Below are positions 8,895 to 17,120 of a stretch of DNA of 63,885 nt, piece after piece (position 1 is the stretch's first letter; each line of letters begins with the position of its first letter). Under the pieces are notes generated by a model, which made no database searches, was not told the DNA's origin, and was given only the letters and a program-made list of their open reading frames with translations. This DNA is from Candidatus Levybacteria bacterium RIFCSPLOWO2_12_FULL_41_12 (GTDB taxonomy: Bacteria > Patescibacteriota > Microgenomatia > Levybacterales > UBA12049), in the NCBI GenBank assembly GCA_001784155.1, contig MFPL01000008.1, positions 1 through 63,885 on the forward strand, in the 5' to 3' direction. Made by a program: the position numbers and the translations under genes.

Positions 8895-9218
8895 ATGAAT
8901 ATTGACTTAGAGGACTTCAAGAAAGTGAAAATAAAAATCGGAAAAATAACTTTGGTGGAAAAAGTTCCCGACGCCGATAAGCTCCTTAGGCTTGAAGTGG
9001 ACTTCGGCAGCGAGACACGTCAGGTGGTTTCTGGAATTGCCGAGAGCTACTCCCCGGAAGAATTGATAGGCCGTGAATTTCCTTTCGTAGTAAATTTAGA
9101 AACACGAAGCTTTCGGGGAATTGAAAGCCAGGGAATGATATTGGCAATTGATGCGAAAGAGAAAACGATTTTAATCGCTCCACTTGAGGAGGTAGAACCC
9201 GGAGCGGAAGTCATTTAA
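8895..9218 (+). CDS. tRNA-binding domain protein (CsaA/EMAP-like)
   Basis: 107 aa; DFKKVKIKIGKI...KLLRLEVDFG...RQVVSGIA...ESQGMIL pattern of OB-fold tRNA-binding domain. Confidence 0.85.
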   Translation: MNIDLEDFKKVKIKIGKITLVEKVPDADKLLRLEVDFGSETRQVVSGIAESYSPEELIGREFPFVVNLETRSFRGIESQGMILAIDAKEKTILIAPLEEVEPGAEVI

Positions 9219-9268
9219 AATATGGGACGAAGAACGGCAAGGAAATTGATTATGCTATACTCGAATTT

Positions 9269-9298
9269 ATGACCCATTCGACTAATGCTCAGGGTCAT
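9269..9298 (+). repeat. CCYTTCGAC...GCTCAGG hairpin element in proS leader
   Basis: ATGACCC-ATTCGACTAATGCTCA-GGGTCAT, 7-bp terminal stem; same word family as 15804-15870 and 32796-32817. Confidence 0.75.
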
Positions 9299-9317
9299 AC
9301 TGAGTGAAATTGAACGT

Positions 9318-10574
9318 ATGAAGTATTCGAAGCTTTTTCCAAAAAGTCAGAAAATAGAATTCAAGGAAGATCTTTCTGTCAACGCGAAATATTTGGTTAA
9401 AGGAGGCTTCATGAATCAGCTCATGGCTGGCAGCTGGACTCTTTTACCCTTGGGTTTTGTTGTCGTAGAGAAAATAAAAAATATAGTCAGAGAAGAGCTT
9501 AATAAAACAGGCGCGCAGGAACTCCTTATGCCACTTCTTCACCCTCGAGAAATTTGGGACACGACGGGAAGATGGTCAGACCCCGAGGTGCAAAAAATAA
9601 TGTACCAATTTAAAGACATACATGACAAAGAGTACGGACTTTCTTTTACCCATGAAGAAATTGTGATGAATTTGCTTGGGAAATTCGTGCAATCCTACAG
9701 AGACCTTCCCGTGATGGTTTACCATTTTTCGACAAAATTCCGAAACGAGCCGAGGGCGAAATCAGGAATCTTAAGAGCCAGAGAATTTATGATGAAGGAC
9801 TTATACAGTGCTCACGTGTCAGAGGAGGATATGTATGAATATTATAATTTGGTTAAAGAAGTTTATGTAAAAATCTTTGAGAGAATAGGTCTTTCTGTCA
9901 TTGTTACAGAGGCAAGCGGAGGAGTTTTTACAAAAAACGTGACCCACGAATTCCAGGTTTTGTCGGATTCTGGGGAAGACGAGATAATTTATTGTCCCGA
10001 AGGGGACTTTTCTCAAAATGTCGAGATCGCGAAAGTAAAAGAAGGAAAACAGTGTGATTTAGGTCATGGGCCACTGAAAAGAGCAAAAGTTATTGAGGTC
10101 GGAAATATTTTTCCTCTGGGAACTAAATATTCAAAGGATCAAAAAGTTTTTTACACCGATAAAGATGGATCGCAAAAGGAAATTTGGTTTGCAAGCTACG
10201 GAATTGGCCCGACCAGAGTTATGGGTGCACTCGTCGAAGTTCACCACGATGATAAGGGAATAATCTGGCCCAAAACAGTAGCGCCTTTCCAGGCTCATCT
10301 GTTAGTAGTTAGTAGTCAGAAGTCAGTAGTCAGAACCGCAGACGATATTTATACCAAACTTGAGGCTTCCGGAGTAGAAGTTCTCTACGACGATAGAGAC
10401 GTATCGGCAGGAGAAAAATTTGCTACGGCAGATCTTTTAGGAATTCCACACAGGCTCGTGATGTCAGAAAAAACAGGTGATAAAATTGAATTTAAGAAAA
10501 GAAACGAAGATAAAACAGAGCTCTTGCAGTTTGACGAATTAATAAAAAGACTTAAGGAAGAAACGGAAGGCTGA
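9318..10574 (+). CDS. proS: prolyl-tRNA synthetase
   Basis: class II aaRS motifs (FRNEPRAKSGILRAREFMMKD; GIGPTRV), anticodon-binding C-terminus; ATG at 9318 (MKYSKLFPK) preferred. Confidence 0.92.
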   Translation: MKYSKLFPKSQKIEFKEDLSVNAKYLVKGGFMNQLMAGSWTLLPLGFVVVEKIKNIVREELNKTGAQELLMPLLHPREIWDTTGRWSDPEVQKIMYQFKDIHDKEYGLSFTHEEIVMNLLGKFVQSYRDLPVMVYHFSTKFRNEPRAKSGILRAREFMMKDLYSAHVSEEDMYEYYNLVKEVYVKIFERIGLSVIVTEASGGVFTKNVTHEFQVLSDSGEDEIIYCPEGDFSQNVEIAKVKEGKQCDLGHGPLKRAKVIEVGNIFPLGTKYSKDQKVFYTDKDGSQKEIWFASYGIGPTRVMGALVEVHHDDKGIIWPKTVAPFQAHLLVVSSQKSVVRTADDIYTKLEASGVEVLYDDRDVSAGEKFATADLLGIPHRLVMSEKTGDKIEFKKRNEDKTELLQFDELIKRLKEETEG

Positions 10575-10956
10575 CTCCTAAGACTTTTGTCCACACTAAG
10601 GTATAAGCTACAAAGAAAACTGAAGCCAAAAGAGCCCATAAAATTGTCGGAACTCCTTTCTTGCCCGCCTTCATAGTGCCTGCTTTGTAAGCTTGAGATG
10701 CTGATGGTATATTTCCGGATTGAAATGATGCATGAGTAGCTGTAATTGTTGGTGATGGCGGAATTGGAGGCAGTGGAGAAAGAGGAGAAGCGACGACCGG
10801 CGGTTGGACAATGGGAGGAGTGGAAGAAGGCGCAGCTTGTGCGGATTGCATCGGCGCAGCAGATTGAGAAATGGGAGGAGTTACGGTAGTTCTCATAACT
10901 CGCTCATATGCTTCTTTGAGCTTCGGGTCAAGCTGCCCGACTTTGTTGGGATCCAT
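10552..10956 (-). CDS. Pro-rich tail-anchored membrane protein
   Basis: 134 aa, Pro/Ser/Ala-rich centre and single C-terminal hydrophobic helix; 23-nt convergent overlap with proS. Confidence 0.5.
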   Translation of the reverse strand: MDPNKVGQLDPKLKEAYERVMRTTVTPPISQSAAPMQSAQAAPSSTPPIVQPPVVASPLSPLPPIPPSPTITATHASFQSGNIPSASQAYKAGTMKAGKKGVPTILWALLASVFFVAYTLVWTKVLGVSLPFLP

Positions 10957-11070
10957 ACCATATTATAGTGCTTTCCAGTTGTCTGTTGTCAAGAAGCTTT
11001 AGTCTTTTTTTTAATCAAGAAAAGGTTTATACTTAACAGACGAAACTTTAACAAATTAGGCTCAAAATTT

Positions 11071-11973
11071 ATGAAAATTATTGTTACACACAATGCTCCG
11101 GATTTAGATGCTATAACATCTGTCTGGCTTATTAAGAGATTTTTGCCGGGTTGGGAAGACGCACAACTCCAATTCGTACCGGCCGGTGAACGAATTGGAG
11201 AAATCAAATCTCAAATCTCAAATCTCAAATCTCCGATTGAGAAAATAAATGAGGACGAAGTTATCCATGTTGATACAGGGCTTGGCCCTCTGGATCACCA
11301 TCAGATTGCCTCGGATAAAGTCTGCGCAGCGAGTCTTACATGGGATTATGTTAAGTCTCAAAACCCGGCCTTCAATAAAACGGATGAATCGGACAGAGTT
11401 AAGCATAAAGAGGAGGCACTGGGAAGAATGGTAGGAGTTGTTGTTGATGACGATCATTTTAAGGAGATCTTCTATCCGGATCCAATAGCAGACTACTTTG
11501 AATTTTTACTTCAAGGAGTGATAGACGGAATAAAGCTTCAGAAACCGGGGGATGACAAATATTGTGCGGAATTTGTAAGTAATTGTCTTGACGCAATTCT
11601 TCATAACTTTGAAAATCGCGTCTGGGCAGAAGAGGAGATAAAGGCAAAGGGAAGAGAATTTAGTACGGGATGGGGAAAAGGACTGGGAGTAGAAACAATA
11701 AACGATGACACTATTAAGCTTGCGCAAAAAATGGGATATACCGTAGTGGTAAGGCGAGACCCCAGAAAAGGATACGTTAGGATAAAAGCGGTGCCCGGCT
11801 CTAGTGTAGATTTAACGCCGGTATGTGAAAGGCTAAAGAAGAGGGACCCTCAGGCTACCTGGTTTCTTCATATATCGAAAAAAATGCTTCTCAATGGTAC
11901 GGCAAAAAATCCTAAAATGAGGCCTACAACCCTAAGCCTCGATGATATAATAAACGTGTTGAAGACGTTTTGA
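11071..11973 (+). CDS. DHH-like phosphoesterase family protein
   Basis: THNAPDLDA (DxD), HVDTG, LDHHQ (DHH) motifs in order; contains (CAAATCT)4 repeat. Confidence 0.55.
   Translation: MKIIVTHNAPDLDAITSVWLIKRFLPGWEDAQLQFVPAGERIGEIKSQISNLKSPIEKINEDEVIHVDTGLGPLDHHQIASDKVCAASLTWDYVKSQNPAFNKTDESDRVKHKEEALGRMVGVVVDDDHFKEIFYPDPIADYFEFLLQGVIDGIKLQKPGDDKYCAEFVSNCLDAILHNFENRVWAEEEIKAKGREFSTGWGKGLGVETINDDTIKLAQKMGYTVVVRRDPRKGYVRIKAVPGSSVDLTPVCERLKKRDPQATWFLHISKKMLLNGTAKNPKMRPTTLSLDDIINVLKTF
11205..11232 (+). repeat. perfect heptanucleotide tandem repeat (CAAATCT)x4 inside CDS
   Basis: read directly; encodes KSQISNLKSP. Confidence 0.95.
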
Positions 11974-11976
11974 AAT

Positions 11977-12384
11977 ATGAAAGACTGTGTATTTTGCAAA
12001 ATTATTAATAAAGAAATACCTTCGATCACGATTTTCGAAGACACATATACGATGGTTTTTATGGAGCTTAACCCATCAGCACCAGGGCATTTGATAGTAA
12101 TTAATAAAAAACATGGATACAGTATATTCGAATACGAAACAGAGGACTTGGGAAGAATGATGGAGACTACAAAGAAGGTTTCAAAAAAGGTGCAGAAAGC
12201 ACTGTCTGCAGATTCATTAACTTTAGGGATTAATCATGATGAAAAAAACGGCGTTCCTCACCTCCATGTTCACATAATTCCAAGATGGGACAATGATAAG
12301 GGTGGTATTATTCAATCAATTGTAAATAACAAGCCAAAAGAGGATAGGGAAACAATTGCAGAAAGGATTAGGAGTGTTAATTAA
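11977..12384 (+). CDS. HIT family hydrolase
   Basis: CVFCKI N-terminus and histidine triad HLHVHIIPR. Confidence 0.93.
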   Translation: MKDCVFCKIINKEIPSITIFEDTYTMVFMELNPSAPGHLIVINKKHGYSIFEYETEDLGRMMETTKKVSKKVQKALSADSLTLGINHDEKNGVPHLHVHIIPRWDNDKGGIIQSIVNNKPKEDRETIAERIRSVN

Positions 12385-12424
12385 TCCGCCTTCGTCCGCC
12401 TTTTGGCGAGGCTTTGGCGAGACA
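12385..12424 (+). repeat. GC-rich leader element upstream of rpsU SD
   Basis: TCCGCCTTCGTCCGCCTTTTGGCGAGGCTTTGGCGAGACA; related to 14559-14600 (GCCCGCCTTC...TTCGGCGAGGCAA). Confidence 0.7.
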
Positions 12425-12441
12425 AGGAGGAGGTGTTTTCA

Positions 12442-12624
12442 ATGGTTGTAGTTAAAAAGATGCCAGGTGATAGCGATGATTCCTTGATAAGAAAATTTTC
12501 TAGAAAAGTAATGAATGAGGGGATTATTCAGGAGGCAAAAAGAAGAGAGTTTTACCTCAAACCCTCTTTGGCCCGCAAGCAAAAAGCGGAAGATGCCCGA
12601 CGTGCCAAGAAGACTTGGGTATAA
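12442..12624 (+). CDS. rpsU: 30S ribosomal protein S21
   Basis: 60 aa after AAGGAGGAGGTG SD; SLIRKFSRKV...REFYLKPSLARKQKAEDARRAKK typical of S21. Confidence 0.88.
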   Translation: MVVVKKMPGDSDDSLIRKFSRKVMNEGIIQEAKRREFYLKPSLARKQKAEDARRAKKTWV

Positions 12625-12627
12625 TCT

Positions 12628-13014
12628 ATGGCAACTGTTAATGTATCGATTTTTGTTGAGAGTAGGTATAGGGTTAGTAGAAAGCGTTTAAAAACGACGG
12701 TTTCTAACATGCTGAACAAACAGGAAATAGAGAGTCCTGTTGAGGTTTCAATAGCTGTGGTGGGAGACCGGAAAATGAGAGAACTCTCAAGGAAATATAA
12801 AGGAGAAGATAAGACCCGAAACGTCCTGTCGTTCTCCTTATCCGAAGGAGAAAAAGCCTATGACCCCTCAAATGTTTTGCGTTTGGGAGATATCGTAATT
12901 TCATATCCTGAGGTAATAAGAGAGGCGAGCCGGGATGAGGTTTTGGTAGACGATAAGATAGATGAGCTCGTGATTCATGGATTGGGTCATCTTTTAGGAT
13001 TACACCATGATTAA
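12628..13014 (+). CDS. ybeY: rRNA maturation endoribonuclease YbeY
   Basis: 128 aa; metal motif HGLGHLLGLHHD. Confidence 0.9.
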   Translation: MATVNVSIFVESRYRVSRKRLKTTVSNMLNKQEIESPVEVSIAVVGDRKMRELSRKYKGEDKTRNVLSFSLSEGEKAYDPSNVLRLGDIVISYPEVIREASRDEVLVDDKIDELVIHGLGHLLGLHHD

Positions 13015-13015
13015 T

Positions 13016-13198
13016 ATGAAAGTTGGGATCGCTCGCATTAAAATTTTCTCACTTATAGTTGCGCTAGGTTTTCTCTACCCCTTTGTTAAACAGTTATCTA
13101 AGAGTTTACTAGTAAAAATCGCTAATGTTTTAGATCAGTATAAGTTCGAAAATCTCAAAGCTTCGCACTCCCATTTGAAATTAGAAATTAGGAATTAG
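13016..13198 (+). CDS. possible small membrane protein
   Basis: 60 codons with one hydrophobic helix, but the C-terminal third is encoded by AT-rich tandem words (GAAATTAGAAATTAGG...), so may be non-coding. Confidence 0.3.
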   Translation: MKVGIARIKIFSLIVALGFLYPFVKQLSKSLLVKIANVLDQYKFENLKASHSHLKLEIRN

Positions 13199-13211
13199 AA
13201 ATTTTAAAAAT

Positions 13212-14558
13212 ATGGTTTTTTATTTAAAGTACAGACCTCAAAGAATCGTAGATCTTGATAGTGAGCAAGTCCGCGAAAAACTAAGCTCAATAGTCTTAGG
13301 CAAAAATCTTCCTCACGCATTTTTATTTACCGGACCTAAGGGGCTTGGTAAGACATCAGCTGCTCGGATTCTGGCAAAAATTATAAATTGTACAAACCGT
13401 AAGCCAAGCGATCCGGAGCCTTGCAATAAATGCATTCAATGTAAATCGATTACTGAAGGGACAAATCTTGACGTAATGGAGATAGATGCCGCCTCAAACA
13501 GGGGCATAGATGAGATAAGAGATTTGAGAGAAAAAATAAGGCTTTCGCCAATCTCTGCAAAAAAGAAAGTTTATATAATCGACGAAATTCACATGCTTAC
13601 GACGGAAGCATTTAACGCACTTTTGAAAACTCTTGAAGAGCCACCAAATCACGCTGTTTTCATTCTTTGCACAACTGAGATTCATAAGGTGCCCGATACG
13701 ATTATGTCCAGATGTTTTCAAGTAGTATTCAAAGAAGCAAGTGAGGGGGAGCTGGTTAGGTCTTTGCAAAGAGTGCTAAGAGGGGAAGGAATGAATGTAG
13801 ATAAGGACGCGCTTTCTCAAATAGCGTCTTTATCTGACGGAAGCTTTCGAGATGGGGTAAAGATATTAGAGGAGGTAGCAAGAGCTGCAGGCAGAAAAAA
13901 AATAACTAAGGAGTTGATAGGCGAGAGCTATAAGGTCTCTTCGATTACAAAGGATGTTTATGATTTGATTGACTTTCTTTCCCAAAGAGACTTAAAGAGC
14001 GCAGTTTCATTAATTAATGCTCTAGAAGAAAAAGGGACTGACGCCAGATTTTTTACCGAAGAGTTGGTGTCTCAAATTCATGGGGTTCTTTTAAAGAAAC
14101 TTGGCATAGTGGAAGGAGTAAGTGACGTTTCGTTAAGCATAGAGGAGATAAAAAACCTTTTTGCTTTGATATCGGAGAGCTATTCCGCAGTAAAATATTC
14201 TTTCCTTCCCTTTCTGCCCTTGGAGATAGCGGTAATAGACTGGAGCCAGAAGAAAGATTCTATTATTGGTATTCCCTTTGAAAAAACTCTTGAAGAGCCG
14301 GCTCCGAACGGTCTCACTCCAAAACATGATAAAATATTGTTAGACTTAATAGATGTCGTTAAGAGGGATAACTATTCCATCGCGGGAGTCTTAAGAGCAT
14401 GCAGTATAAAGATTAATGGTAAAGACGCAGTTATAGAGACACCCTACAAGTTTCACAAAGAGCGTTTGGATGAGCCAAGCACAAGGAGTCTTTTAGCGAA
14501 CACTTTAAATGAAATGATGGGAAAAAAAATAAATCTGGAGATACGTTTGAAGGAATAG
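13212..14558 (+). CDS. dnaX: DNA polymerase III subunit gamma/tau
   Basis: Walker A GPKGLGKTS, Zn module CNKCIQCKSI, IIDEIHML box. Confidence 0.93.
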   Translation: MVFYLKYRPQRIVDLDSEQVREKLSSIVLGKNLPHAFLFTGPKGLGKTSAARILAKIINCTNRKPSDPEPCNKCIQCKSITEGTNLDVMEIDAASNRGIDEIRDLREKIRLSPISAKKKVYIIDEIHMLTTEAFNALLKTLEEPPNHAVFILCTTEIHKVPDTIMSRCFQVVFKEASEGELVRSLQRVLRGEGMNVDKDALSQIASLSDGSFRDGVKILEEVARAAGRKKITKELIGESYKVSSITKDVYDLIDFLSQRDLKSAVSLINALEEKGTDARFFTEELVSQIHGVLLKKLGIVEGVSDVSLSIEEIKNLFALISESYSAVKYSFLPFLPLEIAVIDWSQKKDSIIGIPFEKTLEEPAPNGLTPKHDKILLDLIDVVKRDNYSIAGVLRACSIKINGKDAVIETPYKFHKERLDEPSTRSLLANTLNEMMGKKINLEIRLKE

Positions 14559-14600
14559 GCCCGCCTTCATCCCGATTCAATCGGGATTTCGGCGAGGCAA
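14559..14600 (+). repeat. GC-rich leader element with ATCCCGA-TTCAA-TCGGGAT hairpin upstream of ybaB SD
   Basis: read directly; shares GCCCGCCTTC and GGCGAGGC words with 12385-12424. Confidence 0.7.
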
Positions 14601-14618
14601 AGGAGGTGATTTTAATTC

Positions 14619-14903
14619 ATGCAAAATCCATTTTCACAAATGTCAGAGCTTAAGAAAATGAGGGATCAGGCGATGCAGATACAGCGTCAGCTGCAGGCTG
14701 AGGAGGTAGAGGTGGAAAAAAACGGCGTAAAAATTCTTATTACCGGAGATCAAAAGCTAAAGACGCTTGAAACGCACGGTAAATCAGACGAGGATATAAA
14801 AGAAGCTGTCAATGAAGCGATAAAGAAATCGCAAGAAGTAGCAGCAAAAAAACTTTCACAAATGCAAGGCGGGTTATCGGGACTCCTAGGAAGGGGAAGC
14901 TAG
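14619..14903 (+). CDS. ybaB: nucleoid-associated protein YbaB/EbfC
   Basis: 94 aa after AGGAGGTGA SD; conserved dnaX-ybaB-recR neighbourhood. Confidence 0.88.
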   Translation: MQNPFSQMSELKKMRDQAMQIQRQLQAEEVEVEKNGVKILITGDQKLKTLETHGKSDEDIKEAVNEAIKKSQEVAAKKLSQMQGGLSGLLGRGS

Positions 14904-14906
14904 ATT

Positions 14907-15806
14907 TTGAAACTATTTTTCGGATCTACAAATAAGTCTCTCGCGGAAAAGATTTCCAAAGAGGCAAGTCTGCCATTGGGAGAACTTGAGATATTCAAGT
15001 TTCCTGATGGGGAAACGCGCGTAAGAGTAATTGATAACGTAGTAGATGAGGATGTATGGGTTCTTCAAAGCAGAGGTCGTAATCCGGACTCTTCTTACAT
15101 GGAGCTCTTTTTTATCGTAGATGCATTGAAGAGGAGTGGCGCGAGGTTTGTCGGGACCATTATTCCTTATCTTTCATACCAAAGACAAGATCACGTTTTT
15201 CGAAGCGGTGAGGCAGTTTCTCTTGAAGTCATAATAAAAACGCTCGAAAGAGTAGGGGCTGATAAAATAATAACGCTTGATCTGCATTCAATAAAAATTC
15301 CGGAACTTTTTAATATTCCCATGACGCATCTTTCTGCTATTCCGCTTTTTGCAGAAGTGATTAAAGAAAAATTTAAAAATCTTGATCGATGCGTTTTGGT
15401 ATCCCCCGATATGGGAGGAATAAGAAGAATCAAAATTCTTGCCGATGAACTGGGAGTCTCTTTTGCTACTATTGAAAAAAACCGTGACCTTGAAACTGGA
15501 GAAATAGAATCCGCGAAGCTTGATGGGGAAATAAAAGAAAATGCGATCATAGTAGATGATATGATTTCGACCGGCAGAACGATTGGTGCCGCAGCAGAGC
15601 TTCTTTTAAAAAATGGAGCGAAAAATGTCTATGCCTTCGCAACTCATCCTGTTTTCTCATCTGATCCGCCGATATTTTTTGAGAGCTCCAGTGTCTCAGA
15701 GGTTTTCGTTACGGATTCAATAAATGTTCCCAAAGATAAGCAATTCGCAAAACTAAACATAATTTCAGTAGCCGGTTTATTCTCTAAGGAGCTTTCCAAA
15801 AAATGA
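14907..15806 (+). CDS. prs: ribose-phosphate pyrophosphokinase
   Basis: TTG start; VLVSPDMGGIRR and PRPP loop IIVDDMISTGRT. Confidence 0.92.
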   Translation: MKLFFGSTNKSLAEKISKEASLPLGELEIFKFPDGETRVRVIDNVVDEDVWVLQSRGRNPDSSYMELFFIVDALKRSGARFVGTIIPYLSYQRQDHVFRSGEAVSLEVIIKTLERVGADKIITLDLHSIKIPELFNIPMTHLSAIPLFAEVIKEKFKNLDRCVLVSPDMGGIRRIKILADELGVSFATIEKNRDLETGEIESAKLDGEIKENAIIVDDMISTGRTIGAAAELLLKNGAKNVYAFATHPVFSSDPPIFFESSSVSEVFVTDSINVPKDKQFAKLNIISVAGLFSKELSKK

Positions 15807-15870
15807 TCCATTCGACGTCGCTCAGGATCATAGTGAGCAGTTCGGCAGTCCTGAGCTTACTGTCGAAGGA
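15804..15870. repeat. two inverted copies of the CCYTTCGAC...GCTCAGG element
   Basis: TGATCC-ATTCGACGTCGCTC-AGGATCA (15804-15830) and reverse copy GTCCTGAGCTTACTGTCGAAGGA (15848-15870). Confidence 0.8.
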
Positions 15871-15882
15871 TAAAATCGAAAT

Positions 15883-16530
15883 ATGAAAATTCCTAAAGCA
15901 GTACAAAATCTAGTCGAATCATTTGAGAAGCTTCCAGGTGTCGGGCAAAAAACTGCGCAAAGACTCACTTTTTATCTTCTTCACGTACCGCAAAGCGAAC
16001 TCGATTCTTTTGCTAGAGCCATAGGGAGTCTGAAAAATAACACATTAGTTTGTTCTGTTTGTCTTAACATAGGGGAGAAGGATCCGTGCGACATATGCTC
16101 AGATACTCAAAGAAATAAAGATACGATCTGCGTAGTGGAGCAGCCTTTGGATGTATTGGCGCTTGAGAAAAATGGAAAATATCAGGGGGTCTACCATGTG
16201 CTCCATGGGAAAATAGATCCTTTAAATAATATTGGGCCTGATGAAATTTACATAGGAAAGCTTTTGGACCGCATTAGGGATTCGAAAAACAGTCACACCA
16301 TATCGGAGGTTATTATTGCAACAAATCCTACTATGGAGGGAGAGGCAACTGCCATGTATATTACCAAACAAATCAAATCTCAAATCCCTGCCTCGCCGGC
16401 AGGCAGGTTAAGTCTCAAATCTCAAATCAAAATTACGAGGATAGGACGGGGACTACCTGTGGGATCGGATATAGAATATGCCGACGAAGTTACCCTACAG
16501 CGTGCGATGGAAGGAAGGCAGGATTATTAA
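15883..16530 (+). CDS. recR: recombination protein RecR
   Basis: HhH N-terminus LPGVGQKTAQRL, Zn finger CSVCLNIGEKDPCDIC, Toprim, C-terminal RIGRGLPVGSDIEYADEVTL. Confidence 0.93.
   Translation: MKIPKAVQNLVESFEKLPGVGQKTAQRLTFYLLHVPQSELDSFARAIGSLKNNTLVCSVCLNIGEKDPCDICSDTQRNKDTICVVEQPLDVLALEKNGKYQGVYHVLHGKIDPLNNIGPDEIYIGKLLDRIRDSKNSHTISEVIIATNPTMEGEATAMYITKQIKSQIPASPAGRLSLKSQIKITRIGRGLPVGSDIEYADEVTLQRAMEGRQDY
16367..16434 (+). repeat. composite in-frame insert in recR: AAATCTCAAATC words flanking CCTGCC-TCGCC-GGCAGG hairpin
   Basis: palindrome at 16387-16403; encodes KSQIPASPAGRLSLKSQI between the conserved EGEATAMYI and ITRIGRG segments. Confidence 0.85.
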
Positions 16531-17120
16531 TGGATAAGAGCGGCGTATTTGGTGAAATCCTAGAGACTGGTCAGCAGGCCGCCTCGTCTGCGGGTAAGGG
16601 GTTAAAAAAGGCTGCTTCCGACTTTGCAAATTCTGCTACAGGACAGATAACGGGAGACGGTAGCGGAACAAATGAAGATTTAAGCGGAGCGCAGAAAGGC
16701 ATGTCTGATGATCAGGCACAACAGTTCTTGAGGGATTTATACGGAAAATCTAAAAAAGATGAATTGCCCGTACCACAAAAAGAAGCCGGTCAAAGTCAAA
16801 GTTCAAATGAGCCACAAGACGCGGTAATTGATCAAAATCCGGTTCAAAAAGCTTTAGGAATTACGCCTTTTGATCCAAATGCACAGAAGTCTCCGGAGGA
16901 ACTCGTACGAATTGAGGCTCTGCGAAGAAAGCTTCATGGAGAATATTATGAAAATTTGACGAACCCTCCAAAACCACAAGAAGAAAGACCGGTCGAAAAG
17001 GTAGAGAGAGAAGAGAAGGAAGACCGGTGGAAGCTTCAGGATAAAAAGGCTAAAGAGCCTCCTCCTCTGGCAGTGCAGAACGCGCAAAAAGTAGAAAAAA
17101 ATCCGGGAGCATCGGGATGA
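16530..17120 (+). CDS. low-complexity (Gln/Glu/Lys/Pro-rich) orphan protein
   Basis: 196-aa ORF translationally coupled to recR (ATGA-type junction) and cysS. Confidence 0.5.
   Translation: MDKSGVFGEILETGQQAASSAGKGLKKAASDFANSATGQITGDGSGTNEDLSGAQKGMSDDQAQQFLRDLYGKSKKDELPVPQKEAGQSQSSNEPQDAVIDQNPVQKALGITPFDPNAQKSPEELVRIEALRRKLHGEYYENLTNPPKPQEERPVEKVEREEKEDRWKLQDKKAKEPPPLAVQNAQKVEKNPGASG

Noticed and set aside
13015-13211. Expected SRP RNA upstream of dnaX (the scr-dnaX-ybaB-recR order known from Firmicutes)
   Set aside because: No GGAA tetraloop/AGCA-type domain IV motif could be found. The region is made of AT-rich tandem words.
13559-13565. In-phase A_AAA_AAG slippery heptamer in dnaX (tau/gamma frameshift as in E. 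coli)
   Set aside because: It sits at codons 116-118, inside the ATPase domain between the Walker A and B boxes. A -1 shift would terminate after about 17 codons and give a non-functional fragment.
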